Shown: positions 1-9,343 of the stretch, piece by piece
How positions within the stretch are numbered: the stretch's first letter is position 1
Layout: each line of letters begins with the position of its first letter
IMG/VR virus record: IMGVR_UViG_3300037781_000208
Span: 1-64,000 of that record
DNA length: 64,000 nt
Reading direction: 5' to 3' (one strand)
Origin: a virus
Lineage: Duplodnaviria; Caudoviricetes
Made by a program: the position numbers and the translations under genes
Notes under the pieces: generated by a model
Database searches by the model: none
Told to the model about the DNA's origin: nothing
The model's input: only the letters and a program-made list of their open reading frames with translations

Positions 1-321
1 ACAGATTTCAGCGGCTTTTGTCTCGGCGCTTTTGGCCTGTGCTTCCAGTTGCTGAATCCGGGTTTCGGCTTCGGCATACTTCTCCTTTGCTTGCGCGAGG
101 TCGTGGTTTAGCTGCTTTTCCATTTCATGGGCAGCCTTCAGATCATTGGTCAGGGCAGTGATGCGGCCATTGGCTTCTTCCAGCATTTGACTGGCTGCAC
201 CCAAGTCGCCCCGGACCGCTTCGATCTCTTCGAGCGATTTGGTGTGGGCTCCAAGAAGGTTGGTATAAGCCTCACGAGCATCCGCAAGGGTGTTCAGTTG
301 ATCTTCGGTTACGAACTTCAT
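1..321 (-). CDS. Coiled-coil capsid-scaffold-like protein, truncated by window edge
   Basis: Hand translation MKFVTEDQLNTLADAREAY... is homologous to 53244-53711; its ATG overlaps the S49 stop (ATGA). Confidence 0.8.
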   Translation of the reverse strand, partial: MKFVTEDQLNTLADAREAYTNLLGAHTKSLEEIEAVRGDLGAASQMLEEANGRITALTNDLKAAHEMEKQLNHDLAQAKEKYAEAETRIQQLEAQAKSAETKAAEIC

Positions 322-1148
322 GCCCGTGGTTTCTTGTCAACCGTGCGTCGGACTAACTCGGCATAAGTATCGCCGTAAGTGCCCACATGATCGACGAGGT
401 TCGCCTCCTTGGCCTTGCGACCGATAAAGGTCTGTCCACGCATAGCATCCGGTCCAATGTTGCGGTGCTTCATGATGTGGTCGCGGAACTGAGCAAAGTA
501 CTCATCGACCATTTCCTGGAGGTGGGCGCGATGCGCATCTGTAAACGATGGTGGCCATGTGGCATCCTTCAGGTCGCCCCCGGTATGGGTTATGTAGGCC
601 GGCTTCCATCCCTGCTGTTCCCATTGGCCCGAAACGTCCACCAACGGCAGAATTGTGCCAATGCTCCCAACCTGTGCCGAGGGAGCCATGGCGATGAAGT
701 CGGCTCCGGCTGAAAGAGCGTATGCTGCCGAGGCTGCCAGTTCATCAATCCAAACAGCTTTCGGAGCTTTGATACGGGCCAACAGGTTTGCCGTCTCGAC
801 ATTCCCCGCCGCCATGCCCCCGGGTGAGTTCACATGAAAAAGGAATCCTCGGGCACCATCCTCCGCCGCGATCTGGACCTCATCCTCGATCTGCTCATAG
901 CTGGTGTTTCCACAGGAGCGTTCGATCTGGCTTAGGTGCCGCCCCAAGGTTCCCGTGATGTGAACATGGGCGATGCCGTTATTGTCGATCTCGGCATCTG
1001 GTCTCGGGTTCACAAACGGTGAGAGATCCAGATTGCCAGCCTCAGCGAAAATCCGGCTCTTAACAATCTGGTGCAGGGCAAGCCAGCCGTCGCTGGTAAT
1101 GTTCCATGCGGACCTGTATAAGGCGTTGGTAATGTGGGCGAGTCTCAT
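318..1148 (-). CDS. S49-family prohead protease (lambda gpC-like)
   Basis: VNSPGG, AASAAY, AQVGSIGT motifs; follows portal. Confidence 0.9.
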   Translation of the reverse strand: MRLAHITNALYRSAWNITSDGWLALHQIVKSRIFAEAGNLDLSPFVNPRPDAEIDNNGIAHVHITGTLGRHLSQIERSCGNTSYEQIEDEVQIAAEDGARGFLFHVNSPGGMAAGNVETANLLARIKAPKAVWIDELAASAAYALSAGADFIAMAPSAQVGSIGTILPLVDVSGQWEQQGWKPAYITHTGGDLKDATWPPSFTDAHRAHLQEMVDEYFAQFRDHIMKHRNIGPDAMRGQTFIGRKAKEANLVDHVGTYGDTYAELVRRTVDKKPRA

Positions 1149-1157
1149 GACTGAAAG

Positions 1158-1227
1158 TGGGACGAGGGGCAGGAATCGAACCTGCGTTGTCGGGTTATGA
1201 GCCCGACCGAATCCATATCACCCTCGC
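1158..1227 (-). tRNA. tRNA-Met(CAT)-like element with truncated D-arm
   Basis: Acceptor GCGAGGG/CCCTCGT, anticodon arm TCGGG-CTCATAA-CCCGA, T arm GCAGG-TTCGATT-CCTGC, encoded CCA; only 14 nt between acceptor and anticodon stems. Confidence 0.7.
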
Positions 1228-2651
1228 GCATCTTCCTCTTTCGCGCTGTCAACTGGTGGCTCCGTGCTAAGGACCATCTGGGTACCACTCGGCTTCCATA
1301 GCATTGAGACCGGAACCCCGTATTTTCCTGCAGCATCCAGAATTGCTCGGGCATCCTGTGCCCGGCGCTCCAGTTCCTCCCGGAAATCCATGCCAAGTTC
1401 CTGATAGTGGTCGGAGACCGTTTTTAGACCCGTCTCCACATCGGCCCGATTCTGTTGAGCCTCGCGGCCGGCGTCGACCGTAATGCGGCGGGGCGTTACC
1501 CATGCCACCTTGTTCCATCCCTTCATCGGAGGCAGGTCGCCACGGTCAATGGCATCTCCGATCACCCAGCCCCACGTCGGACGCAGGAACCGTTGAATCA
1601 GGATCAATTGCCGGTAGGAAAAGCGGCGGTCGGCCTTGGCCACAATCAACCGGACAGAGGCACCGCCCACCTTCGTTGGATCGAGGACGAACTCGTAAGG
1701 CAGCACACCCGCGCTGGAATCCCGCTTCAGATGCTCCAGGAAGCCAGTAAACACCGGACTTGGCCTGTTGGACTGAAAACTCTCCATCGACTCGCCCGGT
1801 TTCAGGGCAACCACCTTCCCGCCGACAATCTTTTGGATCGCAGTCGGATCGGTCTGTTCTGCCAATTCGCCCGTATCCGGTGAAACCCGAAAGTCGCCAT
1901 CGTCCTCGAGGGTGCCTTCCTGCCGCTTGATGATCCGAGAGACATCTTGGTTGTCCTTCACCGCATGCTTCTCAAGCGCGAGCATTTCCATCTCGTCCAA
2001 GATGTGATTGATCGAGTGCTGCATGGTCGGGTGATTGCGCGCTCCGCTGGCAAATTCCGGTTCAAAGACGTGCATGACCGCGTTGGCATAAACCGGACGG
2101 TAACTCGCGTCATCCTGCTGAACCATGTACGCCAAAGGTGCTCCGAATTCATCGAAGAGCACGCCATCAATGGAATCCGGGTCATCGGCTCCGGATCCCA
2201 CGCGGTGCGATTCCACAAGCTGGATGCGGGCGCGACCGAAGCGATCACGCACCTTTAGGACAAAGTATTCGCCGTCCACGTCGATGCCCCGGCAAACGAG
2301 ATTCTGACACTCCTCGAAGGAGAACCGGTTGGTGATCTCGGGGCGGTTGGCCCAACGTTCGAAGTATTCCTCGGCGGTTCGGTTCCATTCCGGATCTTGC
2401 GTTTGCGCCTGCGGTCGGATTCCATCCCCAGTCGAGTAGATCGCCATGTCTCCCACGACCTCACGGGCGAAGCCGCTGTTCTTGTTCAGGTACCGACTCT
2501 TGCGCACCAACTCACGCCGGGCGTGTGGAGTCAGTTCCTTTTTGGCGTCGCTAGGCGCGGCCCCAGGAACCCGGGAACGACGGGGCGAGTAATTGGCCGC
2601 TTCGTAAGGGGAAATCGACAGAATACGTGCAATGCGCTGAAGGATCTTCAC
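1218..2651 (-). CDS. Portal protein, lambda family
   Basis: Between head-tail joining gene and S49; ELVRKSRYL..NSGFA and YS..R-type motifs; GTG start. Confidence 0.9.
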   Translation of the reverse strand: MKILQRIARILSISPYEAANYSPRRSRVPGAAPSDAKKELTPHARRELVRKSRYLNKNSGFAREVVGDMAIYSTGDGIRPQAQTQDPEWNRTAEEYFERWANRPEITNRFSFEECQNLVCRGIDVDGEYFVLKVRDRFGRARIQLVESHRVGSGADDPDSIDGVLFDEFGAPLAYMVQQDDASYRPVYANAVMHVFEPEFASGARNHPTMQHSINHILDEMEMLALEKHAVKDNQDVSRIIKRQEGTLEDDGDFRVSPDTGELAEQTDPTAIQKIVGGKVVALKPGESMESFQSNRPSPVFTGFLEHLKRDSSAGVLPYEFVLDPTKVGGASVRLIVAKADRRFSYRQLILIQRFLRPTWGWVIGDAIDRGDLPPMKGWNKVAWVTPRRITVDAGREAQQNRADVETGLKTVSDHYQELGMDFREELERRAQDARAILDAAGKYGVPVSMLWKPSGTQMVLSTEPPVDSAKEEDARG

Positions 2652-2727
2652 GGCAGCAGCCGCGTGTCAAATAACCATAGTTTGTTTTATTGACACACTT
2701 TTTTAGATACAAACCTTTTACTGACTT

Positions 2728-3204
2728 ATGACAAAAAAATTAGTATTGAGTATCGTTGCCATTATGGCTTGTAAATCGTTCCTATCAGCAGAACGCTACG
2801 TAAATATAGGCGCAGCTTATGTTGAATCCATAGATAAGGTTGGTTTCACGACACAAGTTGGGTGGACTATAAACAATTCAGAAAGTTTTAATGCCGCAAT
2901 GGAATTGGACGTTTCTTATTACGAAAAATATTCAATCGATGTCATTCCAGCTATGGCAAATTTCAAACTTAGTACTAACCAATCTAACAATGTAAATGCT
3001 TACCTTGGATTTGGGTTTGGTGCGATAATTGGAGACGGTCCTCGGGGTACCAGTTATGAGACTTTTGCATTACAAGGTTTAGTTGGTGCCGTGTTTGAAA
3101 TTTCCGACACAGCAGATTACAAAATCGGCTATAGATATTTGTATGATCACAAACTCGATACCTACGACAACATAGGCGAGATGGGTATATCCTTTGCATT
3201 TTAA
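2728..3204 (+). CDS. Outer-membrane beta-barrel moron (OmpA/Ail/Lom-like)
   Basis: Signal peptide, alternating amphipathic strands, C-terminal ISFAF, AT-rich, opposite strand, own terminator. Confidence 0.7.
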   Translation: MTKKLVLSIVAIMACKSFLSAERYVNIGAAYVESIDKVGFTTQVGWTINNSESFNAAMELDVSYYEKYSIDVIPAMANFKLSTNQSNNVNAYLGFGFGAIIGDGPRGTSYETFALQGLVGAVFEISDTADYKIGYRYLYDHKLDTYDNIGEMGISFAF

Positions 3205-3223
3205 TTTATTAGGTCCTCAAAGC

Positions 3224-3262
3224 ACCCACCTTGCTATCCATAGTAAGGTGGGTTTTATTTTT
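3224..3262 (+). terminator. Intrinsic terminator of the moron
   Basis: ACCCACCTTGCTA-TCCA-TAGTAAGGTGGGT 13-bp stem followed by TTTATTTTT. Confidence 0.75.
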
Positions 3263-3509
3263 CGCAATACCCCACAAAGCCCGTCGCAGAGGTCTTGAGC
3301 GGCTTTCCGTAGGTCGCTGGGGCAAGTTTCTGGAGAGCTTTCTGACAGGCCGCTATGATTGTATGGATCTCGTCAATTCGGCGCTTGGTCACGCTCGAGC
3401 CATCATTGGCATAAGCGGCTAGGGTCTTCTTCAGTTCAGCCTTCTGGGCGGCGAGGATCTCTTCGACCTCGGCTTGGGTGAACCCGATGCTATAATCTAT
3501 CGCTGCCAT
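3255..3509 (-). CDS. Head-tail joining protein (gpW position)
   Basis: Start revised to MAAIDYSIGF; between terminase and portal; homologue at 56372-56626. Confidence 0.65.
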   Translation of the reverse strand: MAAIDYSIGFTQAEVEEILAAQKAELKKTLAAYANDGSSVTKRRIDEIHTIIAACQKALQKLAPATYGKPLKTSATGFVGYCEK

Positions 3510-5295
3510 CGGATGGTTCAACGGTGTCAACGCTCTCCCGTCCGATGATCTTGAGCATGGTCGCGCCAACGACTTGGAGACATTCGGCATCAAATAGGTG
3601 ATTCGGGCGCTTTCCGATCTGGACCCACATCCATTTGTCGCCCTTCTTGATACGGTGCTCAGATTCCATGTGCAGGAGGTATTCCTCGGGGATATCCTCG
3701 GGAATTTCCCAAGGGGGACTGCCATCCTGATTTCGGCGCAAGCGCGCAAGCGTGTCCTTCAGGTTTAAGTTCGACCAGTAATGCATCCGGCAAATCAGGC
3801 CGTTGGCGACATAGACCTTGCGAACCGGAGAGTAAAATCGTTGAACCCTGCGACCGGGTCCCACTTTGTGCATAAAAGTCGGGCGATGGTCGCCCATAAG
3901 AGCTGTCCAGCCATGACTGGCACACTGCCGATATACCTCGTAGCTGTTGTAACCGGCGTCCACAAATACAAGGCTTCCATGGATTTCAAAGCGCGCCTGT
4001 GCCCGCTCAATATCCTCCCACGTAAGAGCCCGTTCGCACCATAAAAGCCGCGAAGAGCCATCGGCACCCCATGCCCGGACAACCAGCCAAAAGTGATCCA
4101 TCTGTACGTCAACCGTGAGGAAGCGCAGTGGGACACATGTCAGATGATCAACCGGTTCATCCACCACAACATTTCCAGAAGTCAGGAACCCCTCCCCTGC
4201 CCACGGATCGCCCATCCGGTAGCCACTGCGGGTAATATCAGCCTTGAAGTCCTCCACATATTCCCTCCAAGGGAGTGCGAGGCGCTTCTGGTAGAACTGT
4301 TGTAGGAGTGTCGTATCGCCCTGCCTAGCGGCGGCCTTTGCCCGGAGGTATAACTCAGCCAACTTACCCCATGACATTGCACAAAGCGCGTTCCAATGAA
4401 ACCCGACGTTCTCCAAGGAGGCATTTGGATTGGTGCGAACAAATCTGCCTGTGGCGTTTAATTGCCGCCGCACAGCATCCGAATCCGGGAAGTAGTGGTT
4501 GCACTCACAGCAGCGCATGGAGGTGGTCGCTCGAACCTCCGTAAAATCCCATTCTCCATCGGATCCACGGGCTGATTTTGACCACTCTACGTTTTCCCAT
4601 TCAAAGGGCTGCCGGTGACCGCACTCTGGACAAGCAAATGTCCACTCGCGCATGTCGGTGGTTTCAAACTTCCGGTGGGTGTCATCATTCTCCTCGCCCC
4701 CTTGGGACATGAAGATGCACTTCCCAAGCCACCCGAACGCGGTCACGCGGGCTTCTGCTTCGGCCATGTGTCCCGTAGGCCATCTCCACGTTTCATCACC
4801 AATTAACCAGCGAATGGAGCGGCGCTGAAGGTTCGTCTTATTATGCGCCCCGAGAATCCAAAGCGTCATGCCATTGGCGAAGTGGATTGTGTGGTTGCGC
4901 TTCTTGTGCCGGTCGCGATGGAAGAGCAATTTAACCGGCTCGCATTCATCAAAGAGTTTTTGAATACGAGATTCTGACTGGTCCTTCGCGTCCTCGTCCG
5001 TCTGATCGAGCCAAAGGGTCGGTCCCGGTAAGTTTGCGATGATGTAGCAAAGCGTCAGCTCGGGCACCGTGGTCTTTGAGGACTGCACCGAAGCAAGGAT
5101 CGAGACGACCTTTACCCGTGGATCGACAATTGCCTCCATCACCTCGCGCACCCAGGGAGAGTTGTCCGAGCGGAAGCGGCCCGGCATCGGCGAATACGGG
5201 ATAGTGGCGATGTGTTCCTCCGCCCACTCCCAGGGAGGCCGTCGATCAGGAGGCTTTACGCCCTCCGCAAACATGCTGGCAATTTCACCGTTCAT
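3490..5295 (-). CDS. Terminase large subunit (lambda GpA family)
   Basis: PGRFR..SPW, SVQSSKT Walker A, LIGDE Walker B, Zn-finger CPECG, nuclease LTVDVQ, NHLFD; start revised to the ATGA-coupled ATG. Confidence 0.9.
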   Translation of the reverse strand: MNGEIASMFAEGVKPPDRRPPWEWAEEHIATIPYSPMPGRFRSDNSPWVREVMEAIVDPRVKVVSILASVQSSKTTVPELTLCYIIANLPGPTLWLDQTDEDAKDQSESRIQKLFDECEPVKLLFHRDRHKKRNHTIHFANGMTLWILGAHNKTNLQRRSIRWLIGDETWRWPTGHMAEAEARVTAFGWLGKCIFMSQGGEENDDTHRKFETTDMREWTFACPECGHRQPFEWENVEWSKSARGSDGEWDFTEVRATTSMRCCECNHYFPDSDAVRRQLNATGRFVRTNPNASLENVGFHWNALCAMSWGKLAELYLRAKAAARQGDTTLLQQFYQKRLALPWREYVEDFKADITRSGYRMGDPWAGEGFLTSGNVVVDEPVDHLTCVPLRFLTVDVQMDHFWLVVRAWGADGSSRLLWCERALTWEDIERAQARFEIHGSLVFVDAGYNSYEVYRQCASHGWTALMGDHRPTFMHKVGPGRRVQRFYSPVRKVYVANGLICRMHYWSNLNLKDTLARLRRNQDGSPPWEIPEDIPEEYLLHMESEHRIKKGDKWMWVQIGKRPNHLFDAECLQVVGATMLKIIGRESVDTVEPSDGSDRL

Positions 5296-5912
5296 ACTTC
5301 GGTCCATCCGCTGAAAAATTCGTAGGCCTGCTTGCGTGCCTCATCCAATGCCTTGGCATTGTCCTCCCGGATTCCCACAGCATCCTTGCCGCAGGAAAGC
5401 GGTGGCAACTCGTCCTCAAGGCGCTTGTGCAGGATGGCGAAGAGGCGGGCCATGCCTTCGATGATGTTTCGGCGAACCTCCTCCTTGTGCAGATAATCGC
5501 CCCGCTTGATGGCGAGCCTCAATTCGCGCTCCTCGATGTCCACCAGTAGACGCCGAGCTTTAAGCCCCTCTTGATTTGCCCCAGCAACGTCTTTCCCTCC
5601 TTTGAGTCCGTTTAACCTGACAAACTCTCGCCAAGCAGTCACATCATGCTGGCCATTCGGAAGCGGCTTCGGCGAGCCATCCATCTTTTTCCAGATGTTG
5701 ACCGTTCGCCTGGTCACCCCGAGAATTTCCGCCAGTTCGACAATCGTCTTGGCGTAGGCGGTCGTCTTGGAACTGCCGGATGCCCGAGCCTCGATCAGAG
5801 CCCGCTCAGCTGTGGTCAGGGTTCTGCCCGCACCGACTTTTCGAATCAGGTTCTCAAAATCTTTGTTGAGGACCTTCTGCGCAGCCTGTTCATCAAAATT
5901 TTGCTGTTCCAC
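5292..5912 (-). CDS. Terminase small subunit (Nu1-like)
   Basis: HTH (IVELAEILGVTRRTVNIWKK) plus coiled coil; ATGA-coupled to the large subunit. Confidence 0.8.
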   Translation of the reverse strand: MEQQNFDEQAAQKVLNKDFENLIRKVGAGRTLTTAERALIEARASGSSKTTAYAKTIVELAEILGVTRRTVNIWKKMDGSPKPLPNGQHDVTAWREFVRLNGLKGGKDVAGANQEGLKARRLLVDIEERELRLAIKRGDYLHKEEVRRNIIEGMARLFAILHKRLEDELPPLSCGKDAVGIREDNAKALDEARKQAYEFFSGWTEV

Positions 5913-5919
5913 ATCCGGA

Positions 5920-6615
5920 TTACTTCATGAGGAGCCAACCGGCAAATTGAAGGTGCCGGTAGACCAGTTCATAGCGGACAAATCCCACCCTTCGGAACAG
6001 TGCTTCATTCTCGGCCACGGTCTGGGGGAACATCTGACCCCGCAGGGCAGCCGACTTGTTTAGCACTTCCTGAGGACTGAGGCCATTCTCCAGCTTCATG
6101 TCCCAATAGAGCGACTGGGTCATGTCCTGAAACTCCGGAATGCTGCCGAGAACCTTCTCCACCACGAAGAAGCCGCCCCCACGCTTGAGGGAGTCATAGC
6201 ATACGGACAGTACCGTTTGCTTGGCTCCTGGACGCAGAAACTGGAGGGTGTAAAGGGATACTCCGTAGTCATGCCCGCTGATTTGGGTGAGCATCGAGAG
6301 GTCACAGAAATGAACGTCCACCCCCTTGGCCTTGGCCTGCTGGATCATCGCACGTGAGTTGTCGTAGCCGATGACCTTGATGTCCTTTTGGGGATTGCGG
6401 GATTGGATTCTCAGCAAGGTCTCCCCCGTAGAGGCCCCAAGGTCGATCACCGTTCCGCCATCCTGCAGGAACCAGTCGCCGAAACTCGCCGCCAGATCCT
6501 GAATCCGATCATAGTCCGGTACACTCTTTCGAACGTGCTCATCGAAATGCGGGGCGACCTTCTCGTCGAAGACCCAGTTGCTGCGGGTTGTTTCAATGCC
6601 TTGTCCGGCTTCCAT
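5920..6615 (-). CDS. CmoA-like class I SAM-dependent methyltransferase
   Basis: WVFDEKVAPHF...RKSVPDY N-terminus, DLGASTG motif, YTLQFL, FFVVEK resemble the CmoA family. Confidence 0.75.
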   Translation of the reverse strand: MEAGQGIETTRSNWVFDEKVAPHFDEHVRKSVPDYDRIQDLAASFGDWFLQDGGTVIDLGASTGETLLRIQSRNPQKDIKVIGYDNSRAMIQQAKAKGVDVHFCDLSMLTQISGHDYGVSLYTLQFLRPGAKQTVLSVCYDSLKRGGGFFVVEKVLGSIPEFQDMTQSLYWDMKLENGLSPQEVLNKSAALRGQMFPQTVAENEALFRRVGFVRYELVYRHLQFAGWLLMK

Positions 6616-6638
6616 GCCGGGTAAGCTGGTGTCAACGA

Positions 6639-7061
6639 TCAGCCCGGTAGCATCATCAGTTCCTGATCAGTTACCCGAACCGCCCCGATGCCGTACTGGG
6701 CGTACATTCCCCGTGTCATGGGATTGCTCTCCAGACCGAAATATCCGCCTTTCCCGTACTTTGGGAAAATGCGGTTTTTTAGCAGATGCTCCTTGATCTG
6801 GTGTGGCCGGGCGCTGATCTCCGCGAAGTAGGCATCCATTGGCGACCAGTCGGTTTTCTCCGCGATCCGCTGAAGGGTGGCTTCTCGGTACCGGTCTGGC
6901 CGGGCGGTGATGAGAATAACCTGATGCGGGCGCAGTAGATCGACCAGCCACTGCCGATACTCCTCCTGTTCAATCTGCCGGATGAAGGGTCGGATCGGTG
7001 GCGTGCCGTGCTTCGGTGAATTGCCCACAAGGGTGTAGTTAAGATCCAGAAGATAAATCAT
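6639..7061 (-). CDS. HAD-superfamily phosphatase-like protein
   Basis: LLDLNYTLV (DxN variant of motif I), LITAR motif II, ESN motif IV-like. Confidence 0.6.
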   Translation of the reverse strand: MIYLLDLNYTLVGNSPKHGTPPIRPFIRQIEQEEYRQWLVDLLRPHQVILITARPDRYREATLQRIAEKTDWSPMDAYFAEISARPHQIKEHLLKNRIFPKYGKGGYFGLESNPMTRGMYAQYGIGAVRVTDQELMMLPG

Positions 7062-8662
7062 TGCATTGCCGATTGAGGATTGACGGAACTTGGACGAAGG
7101 TGGATTTTCAATCGTGTCTCAAAGGCGGTTACCGCCTCATTTACCAAGCCCATTCGGGTGCCATCCGGGTATGGCAGATCAAATTCAAATTCAAGAGCCG
7201 CCCTGAGCCGATCCCTTTCGACTGGCAGGGCGTGGGCGCATGTAGCGGTGATGTTATTACTCATCTCTCTTACTTTGACGGAGCGAAAGAAGGGAGTCCA
7301 GAGCTGATGGAATTCATTTTGCGTGTGGTACTTTTGGACCTTCGGTTTATCCTGAAAATCCCCGATCCGGATACCGGTCTCGTAGTCCAGACGGAAGGCG
7401 ATATTTGCGGAGTTGGACTTGTTCAAAAAGGCTTTCCCGTTTACCTGCTTCCAGCCGGTTTCGCTCACACTGGAAGCGCAGGCATACACCTTTGTTTCAG
7501 GACGGCAAAGCGCCTGGAGGATAACCGCAATGTGCTCGCGATCCGATAGAAACGGTACGGAGTTGAGGACACTCGCCAAAAAGATCGAGGTCCATTCCCT
7601 CCCCTCCTCTACCGCCTTCAAGAACTCCTTGCAGATGGCGAGACTCTTCTCCTTGTCGATCTCGGATCGGGTGATGTGGTAAGGCTCAAAAGCCGCCACC
7701 TCAAATCCAGCCGCCCGGAGTATCTTGGTTTCAGTCAGATGTCCCGCTCCGAAGTCCAGGATGCGAGTGCCGTGTTCGCGGATCCATGCCGCATTCTGCT
7801 TGGCGTTGAAGATATCAAAGGTGTGACAGGGTCGCGAACCATGAACAGCAAAGATGAAGCCGTTGCCTAATTCCTCCCGGACGCGACGGGCACGCCTGAA
7901 TGAGTTGTAGCGCAGGAGGTCGTCGTACCGGCTCTCCACATCAAAATCCATGGAGAGCAGATTCATCATCGCTTCTGCGAAGGCTGCTTCCGCATCGGAG
8001 ACATACACCACCGGGGCGGTCTCAATGTTCTTCTCGGCGAGCATTTCCAGTCGACCAATCCCGTTGATGACCGTTCCGTCGCCCTTGCAAATAATCGGCA
8101 TGAGGATGCCATGGCGATGAAGGGTCCGGGCAAGGTTCTTGGCATACTGCATCCAGCGGTTGGAATTTGTCCGGCACAGTTCATTCACACTGAGCTGATT
8201 CGGGGTGAGGCATCGAATAAACTGGGGAGAATCAACCGCCTTGTCGGGAATGGCCTCTGCCAATCGGTGGACATCAAGGGCTGCCAGTTCGCGCGTGACC
8301 TTCTGCGGGGTGCTGTTCCAATCAAAGTCATTGGTCGCCCGATTGAAGACGATGTTCAGCGCCTTGCGTTGGGCCAAGTCCATCGGACGCGTCCGGAACA
8401 CCGGCAGCGCTTTAGCCCCCATCCTAGTGGCCACCAGATGGCGCTGATGCCCGGACAGAATCTCCCCATTTGCATCAGCGAAGATCGGTGCAAGGAAACC
8501 GAGTTTTCGAAGGGAGAGCTCAATCAGATCCAGTCGCTCGGGATCGGCACTGCGTGGATTATAAGTGCTCGGTTTAACCGCCTCAATATCTTCCAGTGCG
8601 AGGTGTCCAGCACGTGGCCTAGGGCCAGCGCCTCTTAATGGTTGCAAAGCCTCTTTGCTCAT
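7058..8662 (-). CDS. Tandem ParB/Srx-like domains fused to a class I methyltransferase
   Basis: YNPR...ILSGHQR; second INGIGRL; ILDFGAG and LASVLNSVP in the C-terminal half. Confidence 0.7.
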   Translation of the reverse strand: MSKEALQPLRGAGPRPRAGHLALEDIEAVKPSTYNPRSADPERLDLIELSLRKLGFLAPIFADANGEILSGHQRHLVATRMGAKALPVFRTRPMDLAQRKALNIVFNRATNDFDWNSTPQKVTRELAALDVHRLAEAIPDKAVDSPQFIRCLTPNQLSVNELCRTNSNRWMQYAKNLARTLHRHGILMPIICKGDGTVINGIGRLEMLAEKNIETAPVVYVSDAEAAFAEAMMNLLSMDFDVESRYDDLLRYNSFRRARRVREELGNGFIFAVHGSRPCHTFDIFNAKQNAAWIREHGTRILDFGAGHLTETKILRAAGFEVAAFEPYHITRSEIDKEKSLAICKEFLKAVEEGREWTSIFLASVLNSVPFLSDREHIAVILQALCRPETKVYACASSVSETGWKQVNGKAFLNKSNSANIAFRLDYETGIRIGDFQDKPKVQKYHTQNEFHQLWTPFFRSVKVREMSNNITATCAHALPVERDRLRAALEFEFDLPYPDGTRMGLVNEAVTAFETRLKIHLRPSSVNPQSAMQ

Positions 8663-9312
8663 ATGCCCAACCGTTTCTTGAGTTCTTTCAACACGGATTC
8701 CTTGTCGAATCCCACTTCCTGTTTCACGGAATCAATCCAGGTAAGGTAGTCCTCCTGAGGCAGTTTGAAGCGGTACAGTCCAAGGGCAATGGTTACGTCG
8801 CCCTTCTCCAAATTCTCCTCCTCGTTGACGGCGTCCTCCGGCTCCGCTTCCATGGGCCTTAGAAGGCTCTCCAAATCCGCATCCTCAAAACCGGTCAGGA
8901 GGGTATCGAATCCATCCACCTTGAGGTCATTGACCACGGATTCGAGAGAATTCAGGTCCACGGTCGCCAGTTCCGCGAGACGGTTGTCAGCAATGAGCAC
9001 CGCCATCTCATCGTTTTCGCTGGCAAAGTCCTGATAGTCCACCGGCACCAACTTCAGCCCAAGATGCATCGCCGCGGCGAGTCGGCCATGGCCGGCCACA
9101 ATGTGTCCTGAAAGTTTGGACACAGTTATTGGGTGGCGGAATCCGAAGTAGCGGATATTTTTTGCCAGCAGGTCAATCTGCCGCGACGGATGCGTGTTCG
9201 GATTGCGCGGGTTGGGCGTCAACTCATCCACCGAAACCAGCTTGTCGAAGCTGCACCAGACTTCGATTCCATCAGCAAGGGATTTGGCTTTGATCGCGGC
9301 ATTTCCATTCAT
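8659..9312 (-). CDS. Stand-alone ParB N-terminal-like protein
   Basis: PNPRNPNTH, IVAGHGRL, ADNRLAE; start revised from homology with 62023-62676 and the TTGACA motif. Confidence 0.75.
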   Translation of the reverse strand: MNGNAAIKAKSLADGIEVWCSFDKLVSVDELTPNPRNPNTHPSRQIDLLAKNIRYFGFRHPITVSKLSGHIVAGHGRLAAAMHLGLKLVPVDYQDFASENDEMAVLIADNRLAELATVDLNSLESVVNDLKVDGFDTLLTGFEDADLESLLRPMEAEPEDAVNEEENLEKGDVTIALGLYRFKLPQEDYLTWIDSVKQEVGFDKESVLKELKKRLGI

Positions 9313-9343
9313 GCCAAAAAGGCCGGTGTCAATTACGTCCCTC

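Noticed and set aside
7058-8662. Classical Dam/N4-N6 or C5 DNA methyltransferase
   Set aside because: No DPPY/NPPY/SPPY or PCQ catalytic motif found in the translation
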